Shown here in pieces: positions 8,480 to 16,235 of a DNA stretch of 25,301 bases. Position 1 is the stretch's first letter. The number at the start of each line of letters is the position of its first letter. Source of the DNA: a virus (Duplodnaviria; Caudoviricetes); IMG/VR virus record IMGVR_UViG_3300042481_000276, positions 1-25,301 of that record; one strand, written 5' to 3'. Made by a program: the position numbers and the translations under genes. The notes beneath the pieces were generated by a model. That model saw only the letters and a list, made by a program, of their open reading frames with translations, did no database searches and was not told the DNA's origin.

Positions 8480-9886
8480 TCAAACAGCTTCGTGAACGAT
8501 CTGGAAAGCCTTAGGATCACGCACAGCGCCGCCGAAACGGTAGCTGAATGAAACCCGAATTCGGTTCTTGTAGGCCATCGAAATATCATCGACCAGAACC
8601 GTAAAGCCCTGACGCAGAAGCAAGAAATACTCGCTGAAATTGCCGACGATAATTGACTTCGGCGATCCCGACCCAGAGGCTGGAACGAATTCGTTGAAGT
8701 AAACTGGAGATCCAAGGATGTCCGGTTGTGGGGACTGCGTGTATCCAGCCAAACTGTTTGGCAGGAACAATGGGCGGTTAGCACCGTCCAAGAGTTGCAA
8801 CAGCTTACCGTGCGTGCCGCGAGCCATCACCCATGACAGGTTGGGGCTGTACTGTTGGCGAAACGCGTAATAGGCATCCGTGATCTTCGGACCTGTCAGC
8901 GTGTTTGCCACGCCGGTCTTGGTGATACCGATGTTGGTGTTGGTCAGGATCCCCTCGGCCTGAATCGAGCCGGTGACACCGGTGATGATCTCGTCATCCA
9001 GAACAGCGGCAAAGGCTTTTGATGCCTCGCCTTGGAGATAACTGGACAGACCCGGCGCGTCTTGAAAAAAGTCACGAGAGACATCCGCAAACATCGAGCC
9101 GGTGTTTGCATTAATCACCATTTGGCCAAACGGCCCGGTGTCCTTCTGGTTCGCGGTTCCGTTCGGGCTTTCACCTTTCGTTGGGCGGAAAGTCGTGCCA
9201 TAACGTGTGTCAGAATTGACATCGTTATTCTTGGGGATCGTCACCGAACTGACGTTCGTGGAAAGGGTTTGGCAGATTCGCGGCATCACGGGCTGGACAG
9301 TCCGAGGCGTGATGATATCGAAGCGAAAATCAGGGGCTACGGCGTTCGATCCCAGACTGGTCGAGGCAAGGTACATATCCTTGCGAAACGGGGCGAAGAT
9401 CTCGTTTGGTGACAAAGTTCTATCGCCACCCTTGCCGTACCGTTCAAGGACATCGCGATGATTGCGGCTCTTGACATCTTCCAACTTACCACGCGCACCG
9501 AGGAACGACTCAAAGGCCTTGTGGTAGTCGTAACTGCCCATGACCTCAGCGTCTGAGAGTGTGGCAAGCTCGCCACCTGAAACGACCTGGCCAGACTGAC
9601 GGTCAAGTACAGCGGCCTTACTTGTGGCCTGTGGGCGTTGAGGTTGTTGCGAATACTTTTCAACCATTGCGTTCGCATTTTCAAGCGCCTTGACCAGTTG
9701 ATATTGCCCGTCACAGGCTTCAAGTTGGTCAATGGTCGATTGCAATTCACCAGACTTTTCGGAGCGGATTTCGTCCGAACCGGCGATCATTTCATCTCGC
9801 AGCGATTTGACTTTGTTGGCCAAAACAAGGCGATCTTCGGCGATTGTGGCCGCCGAACGGATTTCAGAAGCAGATGCAATACTCAT
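8480..9886 (-). CDS. major capsid protein, HK97 family
   Basis: N-terminal coiled-coil delta domain, then DDEIITG, LLDGANRPLF, ILGSPVYFNEFVP, IIVGNFS and RFGGAVRDPKAF. Confidence 0.92.
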   Translation of the reverse strand: MSIASASEIRSAATIAEDRLVLANKVKSLRDEMIAGSDEIRSEKSGELQSTIDQLEACDGQYQLVKALENANAMVEKYSQQPQRPQATSKAAVLDRQSGQVVSGGELATLSDAEVMGSYDYHKAFESFLGARGKLEDVKSRNHRDVLERYGKGGDRTLSPNEIFAPFRKDMYLASTSLGSNAVAPDFRFDIITPRTVQPVMPRICQTLSTNVSSVTIPKNNDVNSDTRYGTTFRPTKGESPNGTANQKDTGPFGQMVINANTGSMFADVSRDFFQDAPGLSSYLQGEASKAFAAVLDDEIITGVTGSIQAEGILTNTNIGITKTGVANTLTGPKITDAYYAFRQQYSPNLSWVMARGTHGKLLQLLDGANRPLFLPNSLAGYTQSPQPDILGSPVYFNEFVPASGSGSPKSIIVGNFSEYFLLLRQGFTVLVDDISMAYKNRIRVSFSYRFGGAVRDPKAFQIVHEAV

Positions 9887-9901
9887 AGCAGGACCTTTCG
9901 T

Positions 9902-10531
9902 TTACCGCTTGGCGGCGGTCAGAATCGAATCAGCCAATTCAGCCCGTTGGAACAGTTCCAGCAGGCGATCGGCATCCACCACCGGGGTCGGTGTTTCAAG
10001 TGATTTCACCGTGAGAATTCCAGCGTCTTTATTGGCTGGGATCGGCACAAATGAAACTTCGAGGATTTCATTTACCTCGGAAATCAAATTCGCTCCACTC
10101 TTGGCAAGTTGCTTCTGAGTGCCTGTGGGCTTGTAGTTGTAGCGGTTCCAGATTTCGAGCACATCCGCTTCCTTGATCTTGCGAGAGGCGGCCCGAAATG
10201 AAATCGACATTTTATTGACGGCTTTTTCCTTCAGCAGTTGCCGTATTCGCTGGCCTGTTTCCGTGGCCGAAAATGAGCCATCGACCAGCAGTCCGTTGCG
10301 GTCCTCGCGTGCATCACGCATGGTGGCAGCCACGGACATCGTCTTATTGATGTGGTCGGCAAGTATCACCCCGCCATCATCCAGAAACTCTGGCAGGGCC
10401 TTGTTATAGGCACCCGGCAGGATCATGTCACCTTGCCGGTCAATGTTCAAAAACCGGCTTGCATAGGCTGTAAAGCCCCCTGAATCAGACTCTGACAAGC
10501 CTGATTCGATTGCTTTTGTCATCAGATCCAT
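9902..10531 (-). CDS. prohead maturation protease, HK97 family
   Basis: Motifs GFTAYASRF..IDRQGDMILPGAY, LADH, MSISF and EVSFVPIPAN. Confidence 0.92.
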   Translation of the reverse strand: MDLMTKAIESGLSESDSGGFTAYASRFLNIDRQGDMILPGAYNKALPEFLDDGGVILADHINKTMSVAATMRDAREDRNGLLVDGSFSATETGQRIRQLLKEKAVNKMSISFRAASRKIKEADVLEIWNRYNYKPTGTQKQLAKSGANLISEVNEILEVSFVPIPANKDAGILTVKSLETPTPVVDADRLLELFQRAELADSILTAAKR

Positions 10532-10534
10532 GTA

Positions 10535-12274
10535 TCAGGACTCCAGAATTCTGCCAGTTTTTGTGAACGACTTCGCGTTGCCGATTGCAACCGATAAATA
10601 ACCGCCTTGATCAGCCGTTTCGTAATCTGCTTCAGATGGTCTTAAGTAGCCGTTTTCACCGGGCTTGACGGGCGGTTTGAGGTTCTTTGGCATCTCGTCG
10701 TCGAATACTTCCAGCAGCGAACAGCGGCAGTTGCTTGAAACGATTCCGTTTGCTATAATGTAGGTGCTTTGTGATGTTTCAAAATCGTAAACAGGAATTA
10801 CACCTTGCGATATACTGATATCAATCTTGACGATCTTCGTGCAGCTTACGAGTCCGGGGACAGCGTCCTGAAGATGTCGAAGGATTTCGCTTTGTCTAGG
10901 TCTGGAATCACACTCCGACTTAAAAGGATGAGCCTCCCCATCCGCACCGGCTCCGAGGCTAATGTTGTCCGGATGTCGCGACTGTCCCCAGAGGGCCGCA
11001 GCGTCCTCACGAGATCGGCCAACAAGGCCGCCTGTGGCCGAAAGGCAAGCATCGAGGAACGTGTCAAGAGAGCCAAGACTGTTGAGCGTATCGGCGGAAT
11101 AGCGACCAGCGACCACGAGAGGCAACTCGGACGGCTGTTGACCGAAAGAGGCGTCGCGTTCACTGCTCAGAAGGCGTTCGGCATCTACAATGTCGATATT
11201 GCCATGACAACCTCTCCCATCGCCGTGGAGATCTACGGGGGAAGCTGGCACGCTTCGGGGCGGCACGGCGCTCGCCATGCGGATCGCGTCGAACACCTGC
11301 TCAGCATTGGCTGGACAGTTGTTATCGTTTGGGTAACTACCAAGTGGGGTAAGGGGGTCCATTTGGATGGCCGTGCTGCGGATTATATCGTCACCCTCTC
11401 GAAGGTCTTGGGCAGACGCCCATCCGCTAGAGGTCAATATCATGTGATTCGGGGTGACGGTGAATTCGCTTCCGTCAGCAGTGCAAACCCTCACCAAGCT
11501 GCCCTGATACTTGGCAGACATGGCGGAAATCAAACCAGAGGTAATGACGGGCGTTTCGCCTAGTACGCAACCGGGATGGAAAGGCGGGAACTTCAGGTCC
11601 TTGTAGGTCTTATTGTTACCGTTCGTTCCGAATGTCCCGCCCTTGGGGATAATCGGGCACAGCCGATAAATCATGTGACACATGGGGCAGGCGTCACCCG
11701 AGACGAGTAACTCCCATCCGGCAATGAAATCAAGGCTTTCGGCGGCCTTAACCAGTCCGGTGTTGTAAGCCCGTGCTGATTCGGTGATTGCAATCCGCCG
11801 TGCTCGCCAGCGTGCATTGTCCTTGATCCAAGTGCTGATTCGGTCAGTCAATTCGCCCGCCGTTTCACCGGATTCAATGGACGCTGCGATATCCAGACGC
11901 ATGCCTTCCAGCGTCTTGAGCGTGTCGCTGGTGAATTGTTCGATGGTCTCGTTACACAGGTCCAGAACAGCCTCGCGAGCGGCTTGAAGCACCTCAGGAG
12001 CACGGACTAGCCATTGATCGGCATCCTGCTGATCAAGCGACACCAGCAGTGACCGGCCTGACTGGTCGATCCATGCCTCGATGACGGGAATGAATTTGCC
12101 AGCCATGTCCAATGGTGCGGTGAACGGGTCGGCTTCCTTCTTACGGTCGTAAATCGCGAGCCACGGTCTTGCCACGTTGTTGCCCAGTTCCGTCAGGATG
12201 CGGCGGGCAATACGCTCCAACTCCGTGCCGCTTGGCATGGCATTGAGCCTGCTCTTAGGTGTTTTGCGTTTCAT
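10535..12274 (-). CDS. MuF / SPP1 gp7-like head morphogenesis protein precursor containing an intein
   Basis: RARRIAITESARAYN, CPMC, and the PPFHPG|CRC motif interrupted by a 280-aa insert. Spliced product would be 299 aa. Confidence 0.9.
   Translation of the reverse strand: MKRKTPKSRLNAMPSGTELERIARRILTELGNNVARPWLAIYDRKKEADPFTAPLDMAGKFIPVIEAWIDQSGRSLLVSLDQQDADQWLVRAPEVLQAAREAVLDLCNETIEQFTSDTLKTLEGMRLDIAASIESGETAGELTDRISTWIKDNARWRARRIAITESARAYNTGLVKAAESLDFIAGWELLVSGDACPMCHMIYRLCPIIPKGGTFGTNGNNKTYKDLKFPPFHPGCVLGETPVITSGLISAMSAKYQGSLVRVCTADGSEFTVTPNHMILTSSGWASAQDLREGDDIIRSTAIQMDPLTPLGSYPNDNNCPANAEQVFDAIRMASAVPPRSVPASPVDLHGDGRGCHGNIDIVDAERLLSSERDASFGQQPSELPLVVAGRYSADTLNSLGSLDTFLDACLSATGGLVGRSREDAAALWGQSRHPDNISLGAGADGEAHPFKSECDSRPRQSEILRHLQDAVPGLVSCTKIVKIDISISQGVIPVYDFETSQSTYIIANGIVSSNCRCSLLEVFDDEMPKNLKPPVKPGENGYLRPSEADYETADQGGYLSVAIGNAKSFTKTGRILES
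10731..10759 (+). promoter_or_regulatory. sigma70-type promoter for the antisense endonuclease, inside the intein C-terminal codons
   Basis: TTGCTT (10731-10736), 17-nt spacer, TATAAT (10754-10759) with extended TG (10751-10752). AGGA at 10793-10796 lies 8 nt before TTG 10805. Confidence 0.75.
10805..11563 (+). CDS. HTH + Vsr/DUF559-like endonuclease (putative homing endonuclease) antisense to the intein
   Basis: N-terminal HTH-like region (LRAAYESGDSVLKMSKDFALSRSGITLRLKRM), then SDHERQLGRLL..G..F.AQ...IYNVDIA...IAVEIYGGSWH...DR..HLLSIGWTVVIVW. Confidence 0.85.
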   Translation: MRYTDINLDDLRAAYESGDSVLKMSKDFALSRSGITLRLKRMSLPIRTGSEANVVRMSRLSPEGRSVLTRSANKAACGRKASIEERVKRAKTVERIGGIATSDHERQLGRLLTERGVAFTAQKAFGIYNVDIAMTTSPIAVEIYGGSWHASGRHGARHADRVEHLLSIGWTVVIVWVTTKWGKGVHLDGRAADYIVTLSKVLGRRPSARGQYHVIRGDGEFASVSSANPHQAALILGRHGGNQTRGNDGRFA

Positions 12275-13069
12275 TTAATTTATTGCGGGTGCCGTGTCAG
12301 GCGTGATCGTTGCAATTGCCGAGACGGAATAGGCATCAAAACCCCATCCTTGAATATTCTTTTCGCACAACCACGCACGCCCATTTTGGCCCCATCGCGT
12401 GCCCCAACTATTTTGCCACCTGATTAGCCATTGCCCATCGCTGGCCTTCCGCATCCCTAGTCCGCCCATCACAGCGTGATTGTGCGAGCCTGACCTGTTG
12501 GACGGGCAGCCGTTGGCGTCGAGTGCGTTGAAGCCGCTGTTGACTGGGACAGAGAAATTGAACGGTCTTCGCAGCTGCGTTGCAACGCACAAATCATCCC
12601 ACGTCAGGAGCGTCGTACCGATTTCAATTTTGAACCGTTTGCAGTCATTGCGTGCCTGTTGCTTGACTGAGGACGGGTTGATTGTGCCGAATGGAACCAG
12701 CGAAGTCTCGCAAGTGCCTGACTTCTCCAAGAGTTGCAACGCCTCGGCAATGCTTGACCCGGTGTCCCAGCCACGGCACAAGTCGGCATAGATCAGCCAG
12801 GGAGACAGTTCGATATGCGGCTGACCGGCAATCCAGCGAGCCACCTCCAGCGATGTGGCTGCGGCGTGCCCATTGCAGGCACCAAACTGGCCTTGATCTT
12901 TGATCTTGATTGGGAAGTTATCTGACTTCGTTAAATCGAATTCCACCCATTCGCTTTGTGGGATGGCCGGGAGTGGTTGTGAACCGAGTTTGAGACTGAT
13001 CGACGGTGGGCGGTTGCCCATGCCCCGCCAATCGTGGCCGAAGCAAGGGAATAGTTCAGGCTGGCTCAT
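12275..13069 (-). CDS. papain-like (C1 family) cysteine peptidase
   Basis: IKDQGQFGACNGHA (oxyanion Gln and catalytic Cys), NHAVMG (His), WQNSWGTRWGQNG (Asn). ATGA-coupled start at 13069. Confidence 0.9.
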   Translation of the reverse strand: MSQPELFPCFGHDWRGMGNRPPSISLKLGSQPLPAIPQSEWVEFDLTKSDNFPIKIKDQGQFGACNGHAAATSLEVARWIAGQPHIELSPWLIYADLCRGWDTGSSIAEALQLLEKSGTCETSLVPFGTINPSSVKQQARNDCKRFKIEIGTTLLTWDDLCVATQLRRPFNFSVPVNSGFNALDANGCPSNRSGSHNHAVMGGLGMRKASDGQWLIRWQNSWGTRWGQNGRAWLCEKNIQGWGFDAYSVSAIATITPDTAPAIN

Positions 13070-13836
13070 CTTCCACACACGCAACTGAGTTCAGGTTCGT
13101 CGTCGCGAAGGAAATTCGATTGCATCGCATCATTCTCTACGAGAGTCTTCCAAGAGAAATTCCGGCCCAAACCTTTGGCGGTTGTAAGTGTTTCTTTCGC
13201 TGTGTCTTCCAAGGCGATAGCCCTTGCGAACAGGTCAGGATGATTTTTTGACAATTCGATCACCTCAGATTTCTTGTGGGCAGGACAGAAGAAGCAGCAC
13301 GACTTTTCAGGGACTTCTATTCCCTCGTTCTTGATGAGTGACTCGCAAAGCCTTCGGTCTAATTGCATCTCGATTAGCGGATATCGTAATTGGTATTTGC
13401 TTGGATAGTCGTCGCGGAACTTCTTGGAGCGTGCCAGATCCCGTGGCCCGTTGTCGAACCCGATGCACTTAATGACCTTCTCTTTACCGCTCCAGCACTC
13501 AACTGCCGGTTCCCAATTCTTTACCCACCTGTGTATCGGCTTGATCTTGTAATCACCGGAGCATTGATTAAACCCGTAAGCGAGTGAGGGCAGCATTTTG
13601 CGGTCTAAACAGTAGTCTTCCAGCGACTCTTTTTTTCTGACCTGAATGATTTCTGAATGTCCGTTTGACACTAGCCAGTCAGATAGTTTCTGGACTGTCG
13701 CGTAAGTCGAATCCTTTTCGGCTCCCGTGTCGGCAAAGATGACAGCGTCAAAAGCCTGTTCCGTCTTGACCATCGCTATCACGAGTGCGGTACTGTTGAT
13801 GCCTCCCCCGTAACTGATGATCGTTGGCTGGCTCAT
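13066..13836 (-). CDS. PAPS reductase-family (PP-loop, Cys-cluster) protein
   Basis: Motifs IISYGGGINSTAL, VIFADTGAE, YPLIE and KSCCFFCP. Confidence 0.8.
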   Translation of the reverse strand: MSQPTIISYGGGINSTALVIAMVKTEQAFDAVIFADTGAEKDSTYATVQKLSDWLVSNGHSEIIQVRKKESLEDYCLDRKMLPSLAYGFNQCSGDYKIKPIHRWVKNWEPAVECWSGKEKVIKCIGFDNGPRDLARSKKFRDDYPSKYQLRYPLIEMQLDRRLCESLIKNEGIEVPEKSCCFFCPAHKKSEVIELSKNHPDLFARAIALEDTAKETLTTAKGLGRNFSWKTLVENDAMQSNFLRDDEPELSCVCGR

Positions 13837-14348
13837 TTGATCGCCTCCAAGATCGCCATAATATCGGCCAGGCTGGTGGGTCGAATCACCTTGACCAGCT
13901 TACCGGCTGCGTCCTGCAATATCACACACGGCGTGCCGGTGGCCTGTAGTGACGCCCGAAATCCAAGGCTGTCGATATCGGCCTCTGTCGTCAGATACGA
14001 TCGGTAGTTTATCGCCTTGCGTTCGACCTCTGTTCTGAGGGCGGAATCGGTGCGCCACGCTGCTTGATCGGGGTTGTCTGTGTCAACGATCACGCTCAAC
14101 CACTTGACGCCCGTGATGGTATCAGGGATCGGGATCGGGATCGGTCGTGGTTGTGGTCGCGGCTCGTCACCAGACCGCAGGATCAGTACCGAGCCGGATT
14201 GTTTGCCGATCAGGTAGGTGTTGCCACCGTCAACGACCATCCACGATGATTCTGACATGGCGGGAAGGCTTGTCGCCTGCCCCGTGTCTGCCATCGCGGG
14301 CATTGCGACTAGCGATATCAGCAGTGTGACGATGAACGGTTTGAGCAT
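13833..14348 (-). CDS. secreted protein with Pro-rich linker and thioredoxin-like C-terminal fold
   Basis: Signal peptide ending AMA, linker PRPQPRPIPIPIP, and GTPCVILQDAAGKLV. No CxxC motif. Confidence 0.55.
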   Translation of the reverse strand: MLKPFIVTLLISLVAMPAMADTGQATSLPAMSESSWMVVDGGNTYLIGKQSGSVLILRSGDEPRPQPRPIPIPIPDTITGVKWLSVIVDTDNPDQAAWRTDSALRTEVERKAINYRSYLTTEADIDSLGFRASLQATGTPCVILQDAAGKLVKVIRPTSLADIMAILEAIK

Positions 14349-14376
14349 GATTCCTGCCAATATCAAGAGGGTTAGT

Positions 14377-14541
14377 TTAGAGGCCCAACCGACTTTTTAA
14401 GGCGGTCAATAACTCAAGGTGAGCCGCCTTTCTTATCTGAGCCTTTTCGTCTTCGGATCTCAGGGCTGCTTCGGCGAGTTTAGCGTTCGCGGCTGAAACT
14501 ACCTGATCAATCGCCGCGAGGATTTCTGGGTCCATTTTCAT
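14377..14541 (-). CDS. small helical hypothetical protein (not in ORF track)
   Basis: 54 aa, MKMDPEILAAIDQVVSAANAK...LKSRLGL; ATGA coupling and a GGGG RBS. Confidence 0.6.
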   Translation of the reverse strand: MKMDPEILAAIDQVVSAANAKLAEAALRSEDEKAQIRKAAHLELLTALKSRLGL

Positions 14542-14783
14542 TCCCCCTTGTAAACGGCGTGCATCTGTGACTTCTGACCGTCAATCAATTCGCCGAGTTC
14601 GTCTGCACTGATCGTACCAGGCTCGCCGGAATCGAGATTGTCAGCGATTCGCCTGAGTAGGGCTGGCAATACCGCATGAATCAGCGGCACGGCCACCAGC
14701 CTGATCAGGGGCCAAAGGATCGCGAACGGAATGAGCGGAAAGCCCATGTTGTTGCGGTCATCGGCTGAGGCGGTTTGTGTCAT
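14538..14783 (-). CDS. small membrane-associated hypothetical protein
   Basis: ATGA-coupled start; hydrophobic segment GFPLIPFAILWPLIRLVAVPLI. Confidence 0.6.
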   Translation of the reverse strand: MTQTASADDRNNMGFPLIPFAILWPLIRLVAVPLIHAVLPALLRRIADNLDSGEPGTISADELGELIDGQKSQMHAVYKGE

Positions 14784-15004
14784 TTGCATTTCCCGCCATA
14801 ACAACCGATTGCAATTGGACGGCGAAAGATGTTCGGGAACTGCCGTCTTGTAAGCTGTGGAGCTATCGCAACGAACACGACTGGTGCGACTTGCGTGCTG
14901 TTGATGGTTGTCACGGTGGTGGCAACTACCGAGGAATTCTCGGTAGTTGGACACTGACCGTTCTGGCACGCTTGAGCGGCAACGATGATGAATTCTGCGA
15001 GCAT
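14780..15004 (-). CDS. small hypothetical protein with short Cys motifs
   Basis: 74 aa containing CQNGQC and CYGGKC; AAGG upstream. Confidence 0.55.
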   Translation of the reverse strand: MLAEFIIVAAQACQNGQCPTTENSSVVATTVTTINSTQVAPVVFVAIAPQLTRRQFPNIFRRPIAIGCYGGKCK

Positions 15005-15071
15005 GTGATGAGCCTTGTTTTAAAGTGTAATTGCGGATGTTCCCGAAATCTGCTTCGGGAACATCCCGAAG

Positions 15072-15344
15072 TCAATCGGGATCTGGGAACCGTCGCTCAA
15101 GTTCTTTGAGTTTCAATTCCTTTTCGATCGCCATTTTTTCACGTTTCAAGCGGATCGAATAGATCGCCTGTATCACTCCCGCTGCCGTTGCCAGCATAGC
15201 GGGAATAGACCTGATGAATGCAATCACAACTGATTCCTCCGGCTGAATTGCAACTTCTGCAACCGTCCAACCGGAATATAAGAACCAGATTGGGACAGTG
15301 AGAAGCGAATAATCAGCCGGCGTGGGAATATCAGTCGGTTGCAT
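15072..15344 (-). CDS. membrane protein (holin/antiholin-like)
   Basis: Two hydrophobic segments and a charged C-terminal tail. Confidence 0.55.
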   Translation of the reverse strand: MQPTDIPTPADYSLLTVPIWFLYSGWTVAEVAIQPEESVVIAFIRSIPAMLATAAGVIQAIYSIRLKREKMAIEKELKLKELERRFPDPD

Positions 15345-15349
15345 TTATG

Positions 15350-15571
15350 TTAGCTCAGTGATGGTGGAAGTTTATCGCCTGACGCGAGGTAACGGGCAAG
15401 CTGGGCGACTGCAAATACAATTGCAATTCCAAGCGGTGCGATGGTATCCACAATCTTAGGCAGATCCGCTTGGATTACACCCACGGCTGTAATAGCCCCC
15501 ACAATAGCAGCACGGATGATTGTTGTGCGTGCTTGGTCAAGGTTAACCTGACCTAAAACATCTTTGATCAC
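15350..15571 (-). CDS. putative holin
   Basis: 73 aa with two predicted TM helices. Confidence 0.5.
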   Translation of the reverse strand: MIKDVLGQVNLDQARTTIIRAAIVGAITAVGVIQADLPKIVDTIAPLGIAIVFAVAQLARYLASGDKLPPSLS

Positions 15572-16032
15572 TGTTTTTCACCTTTCGTTTGCGGTCTCTT
15601 GCGAAACTCCCAAGGTGGTTGCACATTGGGATCTGACCACAAGCCCCGGCTGGCTGTCTTGGCCTGTGTCTGAGCGGATTGTAATTCTTTATCGCGTTTG
15701 GCGTATTGTTCATACCAATGGGCCATGCCAGTTTCGACCATCGTCAGACTGGCATCTTTGCCAGCGATTTCAACTCTCGCCAGCAGTCGTCCGTAGCGGT
15801 CTTTTTTGCCCGGTTTGATGGTGACGTTTTGGCCGAATACCAGTCCTGATAGGGCTTGTTTACTGGCTTGGCCGAACGGTTGTTTCAGCTCTGGCGAGTC
15901 AATGCCGTCCAGCCTGATCTTGATTGTTTCATCTGTCCTGACCGTGATCGTATCACCATCGTAAACGGCGATTACTTTGGCTTCAAAGGGTGGGGCGAAC
16001 GTGAGCAGGAGCGTTGCAATTGCAATAATCAT
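15568..16032 (-). CDS. thermonuclease (staphylococcal nuclease-like) with N-terminal hydrophobic/signal segment
   Basis: Motifs VYDGDTI, IRLDGIDSPE, DRYGRLLA, GLWS and PWEFRK. Confidence 0.92.
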   Translation of the reverse strand: MIIAIATLLLTFAPPFEAKVIAVYDGDTITVRTDETIKIRLDGIDSPELKQPFGQASKQALSGLVFGQNVTIKPGKKDRYGRLLARVEIAGKDASLTMVETGMAHWYEQYAKRDKELQSAQTQAKTASRGLWSDPNVQPPWEFRKRPQTKGEKQ

Positions 16033-16235
16033 TTATCCCCCTTTGGAACCGTAAAACAGTGGCCCAGCACAACGCCCATTCCTACGGCAAAGCCTAGGGA
16101 TCGCTGATTGACTTCCCAGATTGCCTCGCTCCAGGTTGTGCCGCCTGACTGCCATTTGTAAAGGTCAACCAACAGCAGCACGATGGCTGCGGTGATTAAC
16201 GCGATGAAATTTGTGGCAGCAGTCCTGAATTTCAT
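16029..16235 (-). CDS. small two-TM membrane protein (holin-like)
   Basis: 68 aa from the ATGA-coupled MKFR start; two hydrophobic segments. Confidence 0.6.
   Translation of the reverse strand: MKFRTAATNFIALITAAIVLLLVDLYKWQSGGTTWSEAIWEVNQRSLGFAVGMGVVLGHCFTVPKGDK

Larger units (their letters stand above)
10730..11569 (-). mobile_element. intein (aa 236-515 of MuF)
   Basis: Block A CVLGETPV, block B FTVTPNHMILT, block F VYDFET, C-terminal NGIVSSN followed by Cys+1. Removing it restores HPGCRC. Confidence 0.92.

Noticed and set aside
10730-11569. Polymorphic-toxin (MuF-toxin) Hint domain
   Set aside because: The Hint element interrupts the MuF HPxCRC motif and ends Asn-Cys like a true intein, and no toxin domain or immunity gene follows.
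14121-14165. GGGATC-type short tandem repeat
   Set aside because: Explained by the Pro-Ile/Pro-Arg linker codons.
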